Of a stretch of DNA of 64,000 nucleotides, positions 35,930 through 49,990 are shown piece by piece. The stretch spans positions 41,354,001 through 41,418,000 of the forward strand of contig CM126226.1 in assembly GCA_052327205.1 (NCBI GenBank). Reading direction: 5' to 3'. Numbering within the stretch: position 1 is the stretch's first letter; each line of letters starts with the position of its first letter. Below the pieces are notes generated by a model. It ran no database searches. It saw only the letters and a program-made list of their open reading frames with translations, and had not been told where the DNA came from. Position numbers and translations under genes: made by a program. This stretch comes from Somniosus microcephalus (lineage: Eukaryota).

Positions 35930-36613
35930 GGCCCACAATTTGCAGCAGAGGCTTCCCGCGGCGGGCAGATGCCTCCGACCTGTAGGAAAAAAATCTACGA
36001 ATTTACCTGGTGGTCCGGGAGGTACGGAGATTCGCGCTCCTGGGCCTCACCGGGTACCCGCGGGTAGAGGCCCACATATCCCAGGGGTGCATGTGGTTCG
36101 CAAGCGCCCCTGGGATCACGTGGGTCGGCCCAACCAATAAAAGAAGGGAATCCCCATTCATACTTATGGGAGTTCCGTACAAACGGAATCCCCATAAATA
36201 TGAATGGGGATCGTTTAAAAAATACACGAACACATGAAATAAATAAAAAATTACATATTTAAAATTCATTAAAATGCCATTTAATTAAATATTTTAAACA
36301 AAAACTAAATTTTTGGAGACTTTTTATATGTTTTAACAGAGCTAAATAAATTTACCTTATTGGACAGGGTTTTTAAAGTATAAATGAGTGATAAAATTTT
36401 ATTTTTCTATTTTTAAAACCCTTACGCTGGTAAAAGTGGGCCTTATGCCTTTTACCAGGCGTAAGAATTTTAAGGGCAATCGCTGGGCAGAAGTTGAATT
36501 CTTGACATCGCAAGTTCCAGGCTTTCGCGCATGCGCTTCGCACGCCTAAACTCAGAACTTGCGTGGCCCCTACGGGCGCATATGCACCTGTGGGGGGTCG
36601 CAAATTACGGCCC
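35930..36613. mobile_element. Harbinger-like non-autonomous element inserted at the tail of a SINE (~35580-35925)
   Basis: Imperfect TIRs GGCCCACAATTTGC / GCAAATTACGGCCC; GC/CpG-rich ends around an AT-rich core. Confidence 0.6.
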
Positions 36614-37490
36614 AAGGTCTGCCTGCCTTATTGACAATTGTTGTCATTTGTGATGTATGTTAATTAGATTTTAAGGTCTATAACAAATATTACAGCCAAA
36701 TTGTAATAGAAGTACTTGTGAGCTAGAGTTACATTTCTGTTGCGGTGTACTGACTTTAAAGTAAGGTTTATCCTCTAGCTGGGGATCCGGTTTCTCTAGT
36801 GTAGTGTAATCCAGGATGAATGATTGAGGCAAGGTTGGCGATTGAATCAGACTGGCTGAAGAAGTAGAACATGCTATGTGCTGCAGGACTGTTTGGTTCC
36901 TTCCCCCTTCAATCGGGATCTGTTTGCTCCCGTTGCTCCCAACGTTCTGCTAGTTTGATGGTTCAGAATAATGAAGGAAAGATGAATAGGATTTGGTTTG
37001 TTTTGGTCAGAAGCAGGAGGACGGAATGATTCAGCCATGTTGGAAGACGAGCTATGATCTGACGTATAGTGTGAATATGTAATCTATATTGTGTGTGGAA
37101 GGATATCGAACATTATAATCACTAGCTGATCTGCAGAAGTATGAGCGATGCTGGATTTGAATGTCTACTCGGCTAGATCAGACATCTGTTTTGCGATCTA
37201 ATCCCTGCAAAGTACCAATCTTTGAATTAGCCAAGAACCACCTCAGTCTCCGAACAGACCAGTTCGAATCTTGAAGTAATTGGCTCAGCACCTGAATCCC
37301 ACATATACTTAAATAAATAAGCATGGCAGCCCCTACTGTTTATGGCCTCCCCAGTTGTCTGGACAGCCTGCGTGTACATTGTATTTTCTCTTGTTTATCT
37401 TTAGCTTCATGCAGGGACTGACTAAAGAAAGCCAGCATAAGAAATGTACAAACGACACAGAACCACTAACCCTTCCCTTTTCGCCTACAG

Positions 37491-37596
37491 GTTATCTATA
37501 AGGAGGTAGAAAGCCACCACGGTCTGGGCGGTGATGTCTTGTCCCTTCCTCCACTTGCAACTAGAGGAAGTTCCTTGTTCAGCTCGCAGAGTAAAT
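37491..37596 (+). CDS. WRAP73: WRAP73 coding exon 9
   Basis: ctacag|VIYKEVESHHGLGGDVLSLPPLATRGSSLFSSQSK+T|gtaagt; 106 nt. Confidence 0.93.
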
Positions 37597-38985
37597 GTAA
37601 GTAATGTGGGGCAGGAATGTTTGATCCGTTTACTCTCTTCATTGGCCTAGGTTAGAGGAAGTGTGAGCCATCTGTTATCCATTTAGTGCTAGCTTTTTTC
37701 TCACAGCAGTTGAGTTACTGGTGATATTTGTCTTTTTAAAGTTTTAAGGATTTTAATAGATTTTATTTCCCCCCTGTGTTTTCTGTCAGTTTCCCCACAT
37801 CCGAAAAGCTGCAGTACAGTTCCACAGATATCGGCAGACCTACAGTACCTCAAAAAAAAAAAAAGTGGCAATTTTTCCTGTGAGCTGAGACAGTGAAGGT
37901 TGTTGACGAGGGACATCACAGTCGAGCCTGATCTGTTCCCACCCAGAATTCGTGCTGTTCCGTTTGAAGCAAATAGCCATCCGCAGCAGGAACCCTGCCT
38001 CACCTTTCTATTCCCACCTCCTAACCCAGGGTGCTGAGCACCATTGTAGCACTGCTGTGGCTATGGCTAAGGTCAGCTAACTCAGCACAGAGAAGGGATT
38101 GAACCAGTGAGGTTCTGGTCACTCTGGTTCAGCTTCCCACTTGCCTTGACTATTTTAGCTTTTAATTAGTTCGGGTTTTTTTTTATTTGTAAATGTAGAT
38201 ATGACATTTTTCACTATGTTCTTATGACTTGAGGACAAGAAGGGAAACTGAAGTAACTTGTGTAAACAATTATTACTTTTCTCTTTTCCCCCCCCATCCC
38301 AATTGAATTGTATAAAACTGACTAAATCTAATTTGACTTCCTCTTATAGACTGCTGTCATGCAAAACCACATCTACTGTATGTGAAGGGGGATGCACTCT
38401 TGGGAGTGCAGCTGAACAAGGCAGTAGCTACAACCGACTTGCACACTGTTAGTCCGCATAGTTCCCCAGCCACGTCGTTTAGCAGAAGTCTTTTTTAGCA
38501 AAGCAGAAGCTTGATGAATTAGCGACTTTGAGTTCTCCTCCTCCTGTTTTGGTATCTGAGCTTGCACTTCAAGCAAATGAACACTTAACGTGAAGCTTCC
38601 GACATTGTCATCCTAACCAATCTCCTTCTGATCTGTGATTTCAGCTGAATGATTTTACCTGGAAATGAAAAGGGCTCTTTGAATGTGTGACCCAAGTGGA
38701 AGTGACTGTAAAAGGCTGTGGGCTGAATGGCTGGTTTCTGTGCTGTAACATTCTGTACTTCTAGTGGTTTTTTTTGATAGGGGCTGATGCTTTAATTTGT
38801 TACTGTTCTTTACTCAAGAAACGGTTAACTTTTTAAATTTGTACATTCAGCAAATCTCCATACTTAACAACTGAAGGACTAAAGGAATTTTACCATTCTA
38901 ATGCTTTCTTTCCAGTGCAGTCTTTGCAGGGGCCACTAGTTCTAGCACTCTGTCTTTGCCTTACTGATTCTTCTTTCTGTTTCAG

Positions 38986-39111
38986 ATGAGATTTTCCAGC
39001 CTCCAGTTCAAGTCCCTATAGTGAAGCCTGATCCGGATCGAGCAAATCCCAAATTGGGTGTTGGGATGTTGGCCTTCAGTCCAGACAACCGTTTCTTAGC
39101 AACCAGAAATG
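38986..39111 (+). CDS. WRAP73: WRAP73 coding exon 10
   Basis: tttcag|(Y)EIFQPPVQVPIVKPDPDRANPKLGVGMLAFSPDNRFLATRN+G|gtacgt; 126 nt. Confidence 0.96.
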
Positions 39112-39999
39112 GTACGTTAATAGGACCAATATGGTGGGTTAAAGGTAGGGTTGGTAGCTCAATGATTTTAGGCCACAATCCACAATTCAGGGTGGCAGGT
39201 TTGAGTGGATGTGTAGACATTTTTGTAGATGGGGGTTTGGGATTAGCACCGATCTTGCAGGCAGTATGGTGTGAACCACACCGAGGGACCAATACATGGA
39301 ATGGCGTTGTGGTGGAAAATGCACTTTCCCCCTTCTTCCACTCTGCTGTGTTTAAGATTCAGCAGCGTGCAGGAGCCAGATGGAGGCTGGGCACCTCCTG
39401 CAGGGAGGGAGGGAAAGACTGAGGCAGAATTATCCTTGGACTGTTCTACTGTGCCTCCTGTCATTTCAGTGCTTGTTCACTACTGTGCAGGAAGCTTCTT
39501 GCATAGAGTTTTTGCAAATAGTCTGCAACTTTGTGTGTGTCTGTCTGTGATAAGGTCAAGGTAGTTAATTTTCAGTATATTTTTGTTGGCGACGAGCGAC
39601 TTGTTTCCCTGCTGCTGTCCTCTTGCCTGGTAGTTATGAACTTGGAGCACTGCAAGTGTCTTGTTTCCTGTGAACAACGCTCGTATACTAAATCATGCAA
39701 TGCAAAATATATCTCTCTTCACACCTTACCCCCCCCCCCCCCCAATCCAGAGGAAGAGATGCTTTCATGCGATATATAAAAGTTTTCTCTTTTTCTATAT
39801 TTTATGTTGAACTCTTGAAGTTGAGGGATTATCTGCTAAATGCAGTACTTTCCAACTTTTTGTTGCTCCTTTTCATGTTGATCTTCGCTGCTGCATCAGT
39901 CCAATATTTTATCGATGTAGAAATTGTTTTCTTGGGTCACAAACTTTAGTTGAACATCCATTTGCAAAATTTGGGTTACAAATATATATTTTTCTTTTA

Positions 40000-40464
40000 G
40001 GACGCGACTGCTGCCAACGAAGTTGAAGTAGTTGCGTGCGCATTTTGTGTTTTTTCGGTGTTTCGCTAACTGAAAAGAAAATATTGTCGCCATTACAAAG
40101 AAAACCTTTCCAGAGAGAAAGGAGGGGAGGGGACGGTGAAGCGATCGCTACTGCCGAACAGAGCCGCATCAGGAAAAGAAAATCTGCGCCAGCAAAACAC
40201 AGTAAACGTCAATTTTTAAATTAATTTTATTTTTCCCTTCACATGGAGCTCGCGCTCCATACAAATAAATCTCCACAACCCTCCCGTGAAAATATCTCAT
40301 TAATAATTAAACCAACCCATGCTATTATTATACATTATTAAACCAACCCATAGCTCCATAGATTTAGGCAATATGACTTATTATACATTTGTATTTAAAC
40401 CACCACCGATTTATGCGCCAAACGCTTCTGCGCAGGTTCTGGTTCGTTGGCAGCAGTCACTCCG
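40000..40464. mobile_element. Non-autonomous DNA transposon with 9-bp TSD (MULE/Mutator-like MITE)
   Basis: TTTCTTTTA at 39991-39999 and 40465-40473; perfect 16-bp subterminal inverted repeat GACTGCTGCCAACGAA / TTCGTTGGCAGCAGTC. Confidence 0.7.
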
Positions 40465-40792
40465 TTTCTTTTAAGGGGAAATTAATTAAATACATGCAAG
40501 TACCATTACTGTGGCGCTCACCTGTCGGTCCCCTCCCACGACCGTCATTTATGGCCATTTAATAGTTCCTCCTTATTCACCTTGTTGGTGACTAGTACAT
40601 AGGATTTTTTGGGTGCTTACTTTCTTTCCGAATCTTTACTGACTTTTCTGATGTTTACAGGGTTGTGTGTCGATGAAATCCCAAGAATAGGAAGGAGCTC
40701 AATGATCCTTGCCCATAGAAATTGTCTTCCCTATAGATCCACCAAATAAGCAGCAGATTTTATAATCGCTTTCTTTTTTTTTCCTCCACCAG

Positions 40793-40984
40793 ATAACATG
40801 CCAAATACTGTGTGGATTTGGGATGCCCAGAAACTGAAGCAGTTTGTGGTTTTGGAGCAAGTGTCTGCTGTCAGATCCTTCCAATGGGACCCACGCAGGG
40901 CCCGCCTAGCCATCTGTACTGGCAGCAACAAGGTGTACCTGTGGTCTCCTGCAGGGTGCCTGTCTGTGCAAGTTCCAGCTGAAG
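40793..40984 (+). CDS. WRAP73: WRAP73 coding exon 11
   Basis: caccag|(D)[63 protein letters not shown]+G|gtaagg; 192 nt. Confidence 0.97.
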
Positions 40985-41144
40985 GTAAGGGGGGGGGGAA
41001 GCTGAGAGGGGCTGAAGACTCGGGGAATGTGTATTTCATATTTTCCTGACTAATGCCGGAAATACTACTGAACTTTGTGAAGAACCTGTGTTGCATTTCT
41101 GCTTTCTGTATTTTAACATCTGAATTCCGTTGTCCTTTCTGCAG

Positions 41145-41254
41145 GTAGTTTCCAGGTTTTATCATTGCACTGGCATCCCAATGGCGACTCTTTAGTGCTG
41201 ATGAGTAAAGATCAAATGTGTGTGTGTTATTTGGAGACCGCAGATGAAAGTTAA
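41145..41254 (+). CDS. WRAP73: WRAP73 coding exon 12 (stop TAA 41252-41254)
   Basis: ctgcag|(G)[35 protein letters not shown]; the 12 exons sum to 1350 nt (449 aa + stop) with consistent phases. Confidence 0.95.
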
Positions 41255-43004
41255 CGATGTGCGCTCTGGAGCTGGAGGGTGCAAGCGTGCCCTAGTGTCT
41301 GGCTCCAGCTGTGTCTGCCATATCGCAGTGTGTTCCTGCTGAGAGCAAACAAGCATTGTGGACCGACTGCAACAGTACCAACTACTTAGGAATATGGTCT
41401 TTTCATCTTATACTGGAAATTTGTGGTTCAAAACAAATGTGAAATTTGCTTTTACAATCATTTTGTGGAGAGATTCAATAGCAAAGCCATTTAAAAAAAT
41501 AATTGCATTTACAATTTATGTATTCTATAAGATCTTATTTACTGAGTCTTTATTGAAGCCTTTTTTCTTTTTGGGAGTTGATTTTTTTAAATCCTTGTTC
41601 TGCCTGATGTTGGACCCCTTGTCAACACTTTCTATAACTGAGACTGAGCTGCTAGGTTATTTGTGGAAAGATGTCCAGTCGCCAATCAATGATGAGCTGA
41701 AGTGACCGAACCAGGGGCTCTTGACCAAATCATCATCTCAGATTATCTCTAGATTTGACCTCTGGTGTGTTCATCAACCTGAGCGCTCTCAACTAAATGA
41801 AGATTTGGGATCACTTCCGTTAAAAGTCAACCAACGTAACACTTCAAACATACCTCATTGGCTGTAGAGCACTTGCGGAACATCCCAAGGATGTGAAAGG
41901 CGCTATATATAAGTGCAAACGAGATTTATCGTGTGCATATAGTTTCTCAAAAGTGCAGACTTTGTTTGAGGTTCTGGGCAACTCCATCAAATGCAAATTA
42001 CAGGTCATTTATTTCATTGATGTTTATCGTATCTTTGTGTGGAAAATGGCTGGTGCATTTGTCTACATAAGGACCATAGCTGTATTTAAAAGTCAGTGTA
42101 TGGGAAAAGCTTTTGTGCTGTGATGAGGCATTCTATAAAAGGCGTCTGTTTTTCTATTAATTTCTCCTGACGCCAACTGTCGCAAAGCCTCATTGCACAC
42201 TTCATTGTAATATTACTGTCCTAATTACTGCTGAGTCTTGCTCATATAAATGATCCTTGACACTCATCAATCCTTTCACAAGTCTCTGTGGTCAGTTCTC
42301 TGAACATTGCCGCCCCAATGTCTGAGTTGGTGTTGAGCTATCATAGAATCACACACCACAGAAGGGAGGCCATTTCAGTCCATCGTGCTGAGTAGAGGGA
42401 GCAGTCTGCTGCATCTCTTGTATCTTAACTGACTGTGCTTGATACTAACAGTGGGTGGTGCAAAAAGAGATCATGTGTTCCATATGCCAGCAGTGATGCC
42501 CCTTGCCTTGTGTACAAATCTTACAAAAGATTTAGTTGAAACTGAAGCCTGTTCTAATAGATGTTTCAGTCCATTGGTTTGCCTGCATAGGGAGGTCAAT
42601 GTGTTGCTCACTTTAATGCGACATCGTTGGACCCGGACATTGTCCCAGGTCTGTTGATGCTGTGAATGTTTTACTCCATATTGTATATTGTGCAGTTAAC
42701 AATTTGTTTATTACCTGCACAAACATATTGGTCGGTGTGGATTGTGCATTTATTAGCTGATTCGCAGATAACCTTAAGATGAGGCCCTTGTAATGCATAC
42801 TTTTGTGGTGAAATAAACGTTTAGCCACATCAAACCTAGATTGGCCGACCTATTGCATAAAACCTATCTTTTTGTTCTTGTACACGTGCAGATGACATTT
42901 CTCAACAGTATATGACTGAAACATGACATCACTGAATATTTGATTGTATTATATAAATATTTGTAGCATTGGCTTTATACATAGTTATTTATGGTAACTT
43001 TTCT

Positions 43005-43010
43005 AATAAA
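43005..43010 (+). terminator. Candidate WRAP73 polyadenylation signal
   Basis: AATAAA in an AU-rich context with a GT/T-rich stretch downstream; an alternative AATAAA lies at ~42812. Confidence 0.45.
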
Positions 43011-44869
43011 ATTTATACCAAACTCTTTGTATATTCACTAATTGCTGTATGTTGTATATAAATTATATTGTTGTATAACCTGGGATGGTCACTGAGGTTT
43101 GGCATTAAGGGCTATTTTGTTGTTTAGGATTTAGGGTGTAAATGAATGGGAGAATAGATTAAAAAGTAAGCTTTAAGCAGTAAGGCAAATTGTGGGTCAA
43201 AATAAATCCAAAATGCACTCTCCATGGAGAAGCTCTTGGTGTTGATGTAGTAGGACAAGGAACAGTGCTACATTGCCTTCCCTGGACTTGATCATCCTTC
43301 CTGGGGTGGAGCAGCTGGCTTCTGCCAAATATCTTCCCACAGCAGGATGGCTGAGGTGATTTTCACAACACTTTGTTGTGCTATGTCTTTCCAAGTGTAG
43401 TGAACCAGCTTGCTTAATCTGTGGATTGTTGACCTGGTTCCTTTTCATCTCCTAATTGCTAAGATTTCCATAACCTTTTTCACTTGGTTGGATTTGAATC
43501 CTGATCCTAGATTTCTGAGGCTGTGAAGGGACAAGGCCCTTCGGACCATCACCAAGGTTGAAAATTGGGTATGCTGAACTTGGGATTTAGAAGCTTTGAG
43601 TAGTATAAACCATGATGCAATACAAGTAGCTGTTTAATGGTTTTGAGTATAAAATGTTACAATTGATTAAATATTAAATTTCCTGTTTAAGTTTCCATCT
43701 TTGATTGGAAATTATAATTGAGCTTAAATAAGAAAACTATATTGGGTGAATGGCTGGAAGCATGATAAAGATGGAGAACTGTCCCAGTACACTGGGGTCA
43801 CCTGCTTCTCCTGTCTGAGAGCTGACCTACAACCCTAGGCTCGATTTGGAAATCAGCATTGAAAGAATCTGGTTTGATTGTAGTTGTCATTGTGGATTTG
43901 TTTTGGGTGTTGATTACAAGTCTGAACAAGTTTTACTAACATACAAGAATATGTTTTTAATCACCCAACCTCAAAGACATGGGTCCATTAGAAAAGGTTC
44001 AAAGAGTGACGAGAATATTCTGCACCTCGGGGGGACAAAGTTTCGAAGAGATGATAGTTCTTCAATACAATGAAAGGCACAGATAAAGTTGAGTTAAACA
44101 ATCCTGGACAATGAGTGTGCAAGAGAACACAAGTAGAAAATTCATGAGCCTTGAGGAAGGTTGCAGATGAAATTTCCCCATAAAATAGTGGACATGTGGA
44201 ACACATTCCCAGAGAAGGGAATTGACTTGGGGTCAATTAGCACTTTATTTTCAAAGAGCTGGATCAATATCTATTGAGTAGGATTGAAGGTTAGAGATAT
44301 TTAACCCCCCACCCAAGGGGCAATGGGAATGAAGCTCATGTTCACTAATGAACAGGGAAATCCATAACACTGACTAAATAATCATGCATAGGCTCTGGAT
44401 GAAGTGGGTTTGTTGGGGTTAAGAGAAGTTGTATAGCTCTGGGTTTCTTAAATTGCATCTTTTGATTGTCACATGCCATTCATAGTCTTCAAAACTGAAA
44501 GATGCCTCCATACCATAATGTTGCATATTTAACGATATCAATTTTATTAGCATTTGTGATGGTTTTCAATAAAGTACAGAAAAATGCTTACAAAAGACTG
44601 GATCATAGTTAGTGTATATCACTACACTTAACACATTGTAAGCATCTTTTCTCATCATCCCGTTTCTGGATTTAACAAGCATGCTTCTTGTTAATCTGGC
44701 ATTTTTAATTGACTAAAGTCATACATAGCTGAGCTTTCAAATACTAACTTCAGAACTACCTGTGAATGTGGTTTGCAAATGTGCCATTTCCTTTATGGAT
44801 CTTTAAAGATTAAAACGTGTTGAATTCTTGTTGTGGAGAGTGATGTAGCCTGTCCTCCTGCAGCGGTGG

Positions 44870-44973
44870 GCTTTACACACTTGCTGCTTGCTTTCATGTC
44901 ACTGTTGGGGAGCAGAGTTCCGCTTTACACACTTGCTGCTTGCTTTCATGTCACTGTTGGGGAGCAGAGTTCC
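44870..44973. repeat. Perfect 52-bp tandem duplication
   Basis: gctttacacacttgctgcttgctttcatgtcactgttggggagcagagttcc present twice. Confidence 0.9.
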
Positions 44974-47504
44974 CACCAGGGCAAGGTTAACGACAAAGCA
45001 CAGGCTCCCATGTCTGACTCATTCATTTAAAGACTTAAGGAATCACTTTTTTGAGGGGAGGATGCATTTGATTGCATAATTGAATCTGCAATATGGGTTG
45101 AAATGTTTCGGTCAGTGAGTGAGTGGTGCCAGATACTGAGCAGTGAGTATAGTTGCACCAGTGATAGACTTTTGCTGCTTTAAATGTTGTGAAAAGGTTG
45201 GTTGTTGCTTTGCTAGTTGGCCTGGGGTGGTTTGATTTGTCATGATTGTGTCTACAACTGCATGGCTTGCCACTTCAGAGCAAATGAACCATCACCTGTA
45301 TAGTGCAGAGGCCAGACTGGGTAGAGATGTTGGGGTGTTTATGAACCAAGTTTTTTTTTTTTTTTTTTTTTTAAATCGGCAGCTTTCGTGATCTCTTATT
45401 CTGGTGCGAGCCCACTACTTACCAGATTTTTTGAATTTAATTTCACAACTTGTCATTGTGATTTCGAGTTGCTAGTCCAGTACCATAACCACTATACTAC
45501 TGTACCCTCTACTTACCACTATTGGTCAGTATTTAGTATTAGTGAGAAACTCCAGCCCTTATTCATCGTGCTGTGATTATCAAAACTCCACAACAGTTTC
45601 CTTGTAATGGACTACATTTTTGTCTGGATTATAACCATGGTACTGACATCACAAATCAGTTGATTTTTCATTGTCTCATATTCTTAAGGTAGAATATTTG
45701 CACACTGTTACAAAATAAAATAGTAAATAACCATTAATGAGTGACTTCAGTACTGTTGCACTTGGTGCTCAGCTGGTGGTTTTAACTGCATTATATGTCT
45801 AATGGATGGAGTGATTGCAACCCAAGCTTTGTGAAAATGTATAATACAAGGTACTCTATACATTTAAAAGGGTTTTCAGCATTTGCACAAGACTTACACC
45901 ACAATCTGCTAGTTTGAAAAAAATAAACTGGTCAAAGCTGTGGTTTTTAATGATAAAAATAAATGTGACTACTTAAAGGTGAAACTGAGCTGTCATTTCT
46001 AGTCAACACTCTGCTAGTCAAGGTATGCAAGACATTTAAATTGAGCTTTTGGCCATATTTGGTTGCAGTTTCAACTGTTCACTCGTTTTGCTTTTTCTTT
46101 TAAACTGATGAATCTCACATGGTGCTGTTCCCAATTCAGAGGAAGAACTGTTTGATAAGAATGGAAAACCTTAGTGTAAAACAATGTATTCTTTTAAAAT
46201 TACAATGTCTAACTGCGGCTAAGTAAACACTGGCTGAGGTCAATTAAGAGGCTGCAACCATTCTGGCTCTGGTGTTTTGTACTCCATTGTTTACTTTTTT
46301 TGAAGTGACACTTGAGATATGTAATGAAAATGCATGCTATATGCATTTCTGCAAGATACATATAGAGATGGAGGGTAGTCGTTTGAGATTTTGTGCCTAA
46401 TAAAGGTCCTGTATCAAAATGGATCTGGAACCTCTTATGCAGTGGAAGGCACTGGGAAAATGAATGAGATCAAACCTCCGTAGATTGGGAGTGTGCTGAT
46501 TGTATTGCAACATTCTATCTGAGATACATGGCTGCTGTTTCTAGGCTGACAATGTTGCTTACACTACCTGTGTTGCTGTGCTGGTTTTCATTAATATCGT
46601 GTCACAACTTAAATACAATTCTCATTCAACAAGCATTGAGACATTATTTGCAACTCTGAACATTACTGACCTTATTGCAGTCCAATACCACCGTACAAAG
46701 ATGCTGGCATAGCGTAGTTTCATCTGGCCATCATTTCAGAGCCATGACAAAACTCTAGTGCATACAGTAGCTGTTTGTCTACATTCCTTTGGAAGTACTG
46801 ACTAAACTGGTTCTTTATCACAGGGTTTGTTTTACATCATCTGCCTACCCAACTGTGATTGTGTTCAGACTCCCCTCACTTTGGGACAACTATCAGAGGG
46901 TATTCACACTATCTGGGTTGAATTTGAATCCAGCTTCCCTCATCAGAGAGAGAGATTACTACTCTCTGCTACATTTGAACCAGAATCCAAAGGTGAAAGG
47001 GTAGTGTAATAACTCACCGCACCACCCACCTTCCCCTCAGATAAAAGCACAGACCTTCATTTCCTCAGGCTCCCGGGTGATAGAATAGCATTCTAACCCT
47101 CTTAACAGGCCCCGTTTCCATTAGGTTTCAAAAACACAATTGCTTAAGCACAGTAAGCAGGTCCATCAATAAACAATAACACACCTACAATACAAGCAGG
47201 ACACTGTGCTTATCATTTTCCAGATTACAATGCTGTATTTTCTTGTGTATAATATGCAATAATTCTGAAGCAGTTTGCTTTTAAAAATGACACTGTACCA
47301 CATGCTACAGTCTATATAATGTGCTCTCAGGATAGAATGCAACCTTGCCTGGTATATCCAACTCCACAACAACATGCACCCAAAACTGTCCAGTTATTGT
47401 TGGATTAATAGGAATTGAAAAGGTACAGAAGAGGCAATGTAAAATACCATACAGGTGGAGGAAGATCCCACCGACTGTGCACAGCAAAGCTTAAAACCTT
47501 CGGT

Positions 47505-47720
<216 letters not shown>

Positions 47721-48353
47721 TCACAGTACAGTAAAACTGACAAAGTTGACCGGTTTCAAAATTGGTCACTGACTGAACAGTGTACGTTGGGAATTAAAAG
47801 TGAATGGGCAACTTACTGAAATTCAATGACCGAAGCTTGTTAACTAAAGATTCATCTTTCATTGAAGGATGAATTAGCTCTATGATTACTCCTACAATTA
47901 CATAATGACACCCTATACACTAAATAAGCCAAGGATAACCCTACAGTGCATGTACAGATGTCCTATAATCAATGTGCAGTTGAACATTTTGTTCAGACTG
48001 GATCCCACTCAGGTTCATTTGGTGGGGAATTGGGTAGCAATGACAAGAAATATTTAAGGGGAAGCTAGATAAGCACATGAAGAAAGGAATAGAAGGATAT
48101 ATCATAGGGTTAGATGAAGGGGGGTGGAGGAGGCTCGTGTGGAGCAGTTGGGCCCAATGGCCTGTTTCTGTGCTGTAGACTCGAATTCTATGTTAGTCAG
48201 ACAAGTGATTTGTTACAGCTCAGAAACCAGCCTCTAGGACCTTTATGCCAAATTACGGTGCTTAGACAAGAGGCTATACTGCATAGCCAAGTGTAGAAAG
48301 TGTCAGCGTGTGGCATAGGATGCCATGTCATGCCTTGTCACTTGCCCTACTCA

Positions 48354-48605
<252 letters not shown>

Positions 48606-49339
48606 TTACAGTGCAACTCCTTGGAAGCAATATTTGTGGCTTAACACAAAGGAGAAAAAATAGGCTTATAATTTAAACAGCAATTGGGGAACTGAGTGGT
48701 TCAGACACTGCCAAACAAACCTATGGGCACAGGCAAAGAAGGACTCTGAAATAAAAACAGAATGTGACAGATACACAGCAGGTTGGCTGGCATCTGTAAA
48801 GAGGATAGACAGGTTAACGTTCCAAATTCAGACCTTTCGTCAGAATAGGCTAATTCCACGTCTGAAAAGTAAATTGGTCTTTTCTCGTTACAGGTACGAA
48901 TGGACTATTTTGCATTTGATCTCAAGATGTAGGTATGGTCGGCACGGCCGCATTTATTGTCCATCCTTGGTTGCCCAGAGGTGGAGCTGGAGGGCTTCCT
49001 TCTAGCAAATGAATAGAAACCAGTGGCCATTAAGGGTCAACCACGTAGTGTGGGACTGGAGTCACGTGTTGGTTGGTGGCAAGCTCCAGTTTGGATTTAT
49101 GACCATGCGGTAGCTTTCATGGTTAATTTGCCAATTCACAAATTACCAGACTTATTGAACGTGCCATAGTGGGATTTGAACTCAACCTTCTGGGTTGCTA
49201 GTCCAGTACCATCACCATTTTCTGCTTTTATTTCAGATTTACAGCTTTTTCTTTGTGTTGATGAGGAGCTTGACTGATGGGAGTCCTGACACTCCAGGGG
49301 TTTGAGAAATCTGTAACAGATTTAATTACAAACTTTTAC

Positions 49340-49640
49340 ATAGAATTTACAGCGCAGAAACAGGCCATTCGGCCCAATCGGTCTATGGCATTGTTTAAGC
49401 TCCACACGAGCCTCCTCCCACCCGACTTCTTCTCACCCCATCAGCATATCCTTCTAGTCCTTTCTCCCTCATGTACTTATCTGGTTTCCCCTTAAGTGCA
49501 TCTATGCTATTCGCCTCAACCACTCCATGTGGTAGCAAGTTCCACATTCTCACCACTCTCTGGGTAAAGGAAGTTTCTCCTGAATTCCTTATAGCATTTA
49601 TTAGTGACTGCCTTCTAATTATGGCCCCTAGTTTTATTAC
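49340..49640 (-). mobile_element. CR1 3' fragment
   Basis: Minus ORF FTQRVVRMWNLLPHGVVEANSIDALKGK. Confidence 0.85.
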
Positions 49641-49735
49641 AACTTCCATTGTATTAATCCAGAACCCAGTGTGGGATCCTCCACAGGGTCAGTGCAGAAA
49701 GACTGGATAAAACAAAGATTTCACTACAGTACTCA

Positions 49736-49990
<255 letters not shown>

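Noticed and set aside
36780-37330. Compositionally odd, CpG-retaining segment possibly of viral or LTR origin
   Set aside because: No ORF of 60 aa or more and no recognisable motif; cannot be supported without a search.
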